Source: Mustelus asterias
Taxonomy: Eukaryota
Assembly: GCF_964213995.1 (NCBI RefSeq)
Contig: NW_027590154.1
Location: forward strand, 248,001-312,000
Length of the DNA stretch: 64,000 bases
Reading direction: 5' to 3'
Both the position numbers and the translations under genes were made by a program. The notes beneath the pieces were generated by a model. It worked only from the letters and a program-made list of their open reading frames with translations. It was not told the origin of the DNA and ran no database searches. Below, piece after piece: positions 62,396 through 64,000 of the stretch (position 1 is the stretch's first letter; each line of letters starts with the position of its first letter).

Positions 62396-62534
62396 GAGCA
62401 ACTTTTCAGTCAGGAGGCACTTACCTGGATTTTGCATAATTCAATTTTTCAGAGTGCTACATATCAGTTATAACTAAAGCCTTATACAGTTCAATCAGAG
62501 CGTTCCTGTCTTGCCCAAGTTCCACAACACTTAC

Positions 62535-62834
62535 ATTGCATTCCAATGCTCTTGACCGAGCTGCTGTGTCGAACCTCACACTTGATTTTGCTGCACTCTC
62601 CCTCTGACTGGGTGATGGTTAACTGGCTGCTCAAGGTGTAGGTTCCCTTCGCGTTTCTCACTGATGGATAAGTCTTAAATCCAGTGTCGATCAGCTGCCC
62701 ATTTTTCTTCCAGGTCAGTTTGGAGACATCTGGAGAGTAGTCCATCGCCAAACAGCCGTAGGTGATGGAGCCAGCGGAGTTGTGTTGCTGACAGGAAGAG
62801 ACGAGGCTGTAGAGAGTGGGCGGAGACGGTGTCG
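62535..62834 (-). CDS. IGHM: IgM CH1 exon
   Basis: [45 protein letters not shown]...YTLSSQL...CEVRH; 300 nt; ttcccag| acceptor and |gtaagt donor. Confidence 0.95.
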
Positions 62835-63365
62835 CTGGGAAAGAATAGTCGATTCAACAAGTTAGACTCTTACCTACGTTTATTAATTAATCAAACATAT
62901 TTATACAAGTATGTTTCTATATTAGGTATAACTCTTGGGGCTAAAGGGATCAGTGGATATGGGTAGTAGGCGGGCTCAGGATATTGATGAGCCGTAATCA
63001 AAGTGAATGGTAGAGCAGGGTCAAAGGGCCGAAGAGCCTCCTCTTGCTTCTATTTTCTATGTTTGAACGTCACAATTTGACTAGAATTATGAACTTAAGT
63101 TAATATTTCCCGATTAAGACCTACGCACACCTTTGAGCTTCTGTTACTCCTATCATTTGGGAATCGCCATCTTTGGAGAAACTCACATCACTGTCTCCAC
63201 CTCTATCAGATTGGAAAGAGAAAAAACATTTTGATGTCATCGTAATGACATACCATTCACTGGATTAACAGAGAAGTGTAAAGAGTTTCTCCATTACTTC
63301 AGGCACTACCTATTTCTCAAACAACAGCACTTTGTGATGAAGAAGTTGTCTCTTCATTCATATCA

Positions 63366-63490
63366 GCCACTCGCCTGATGAAAGAGCTCCAAAAGCTCAC
63401 GATTCCAAATAAGCCTGTTGGAGTTCAACCTGGTGTTGTCAGACTCCTTACTGTGCCCACCCCAACCTAGCGTCGGCATATCCACATTGT
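63366..63490 (+). mobile_element. Older Penelope terminal unit with a degenerate hammerhead, antisense to IgM
   Basis: cctgatgaaagagctccaaaagctc...ccaaataagcctgttgg...ggcatatccacat. Confidence 0.7.
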
Positions 63491-63809
63491 AGTTTTGGCT
63501 ATTGCCTGTGTACAAACTAACTGATGCCCCTTCCTCTCTCCAACTCACTGCCCCTCACTCCACAAAACGAAGATTGGTGACTTTGCTTCAAAACTACCTT
63601 CGGAATGAATACTTACTGAATGACCAGGAAACTCTAAATGTGATTACAAATTCAAATAATTGCAACATTGACTAATTGAAGGGTCATACATTAATAGCAA
63701 GAGTTGGCCATTCGGGCCCTGACGTCTCCTCCATTATTCACTGAGATTACAGATGATCTGGTTGTGGTGCTAGCTCTATTTTGCACATCCTCACTCCGCC
63801 CGTCGATCA

Positions 63810-64000
63810 CCCACTCTCTGCCCATTTTCCCCGACTCTCTGCGCTTTCCCCTGGCTCTCTGCTATTCCCTCTGGCTCTTTTCCCCTTTCACCCGGCTCTC
63901 CGCACTTCCACCTGGCTCTCTACACTTCCCTCCAACTCTGTCCCCTCTCCCCCGGCTCCCTGCCCTTTCCCTCAGCTCCCTACCCTTTCCTCTGGCTCTC
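63810..64000. repeat. Degenerate ~19-20-bp pyrimidine-rich tandem repeat running off the window
   Basis: Units resembling ctctgccctttcccctggct. Confidence 0.75.

Noticed and set aside
59129-62834. IgW or IgNAR instead of IgM
   Set aside because: Four CH exons with CLAMDYSP in CH1, a mu-type secretory tail and mu-type TM fit IgM
63810-64000. Immunoglobulin switch region
   Set aside because: Short, few AGCT/WGCW motifs, and sharks are not known to have canonical S regions; only the edge is visible

Overview
Cartilaginous-fish (shark-like) genomic DNA, inferred from shark-type IgM exons and V-SINE/HE1-like, CR1 and Penelope repeats. Bases ~1-51 kb hold a birth-and-death cluster of C2H2 zinc-finger genes with no visible effector domain. 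It has four apparently intact ORFs, one nonsense pseudogene, one CR1-truncated gene and several relics, partly arranged head-to-head around a repeated CpG-rich promoter cassette. Bases ~53.6-64 kb hold the constant part of an IgM heavy-chain gene on the minus strand (CH1-CH4, secretory tail, TM1, TM2, all in frame); V/D/J lie beyond the window. The rest is dense, nested retroelements. The most notable unannotated signal is a dispersed family of short Penelope-derived terminal units carrying minimal hammerhead ribozymes with stem I covariation. These include a TSD-flanked tandem dimer with 159-nt spacing and a sense-oriented copy in the IgM CH4-TM1 intron. Coordinates were read by eye; repeat boundaries are approximate.
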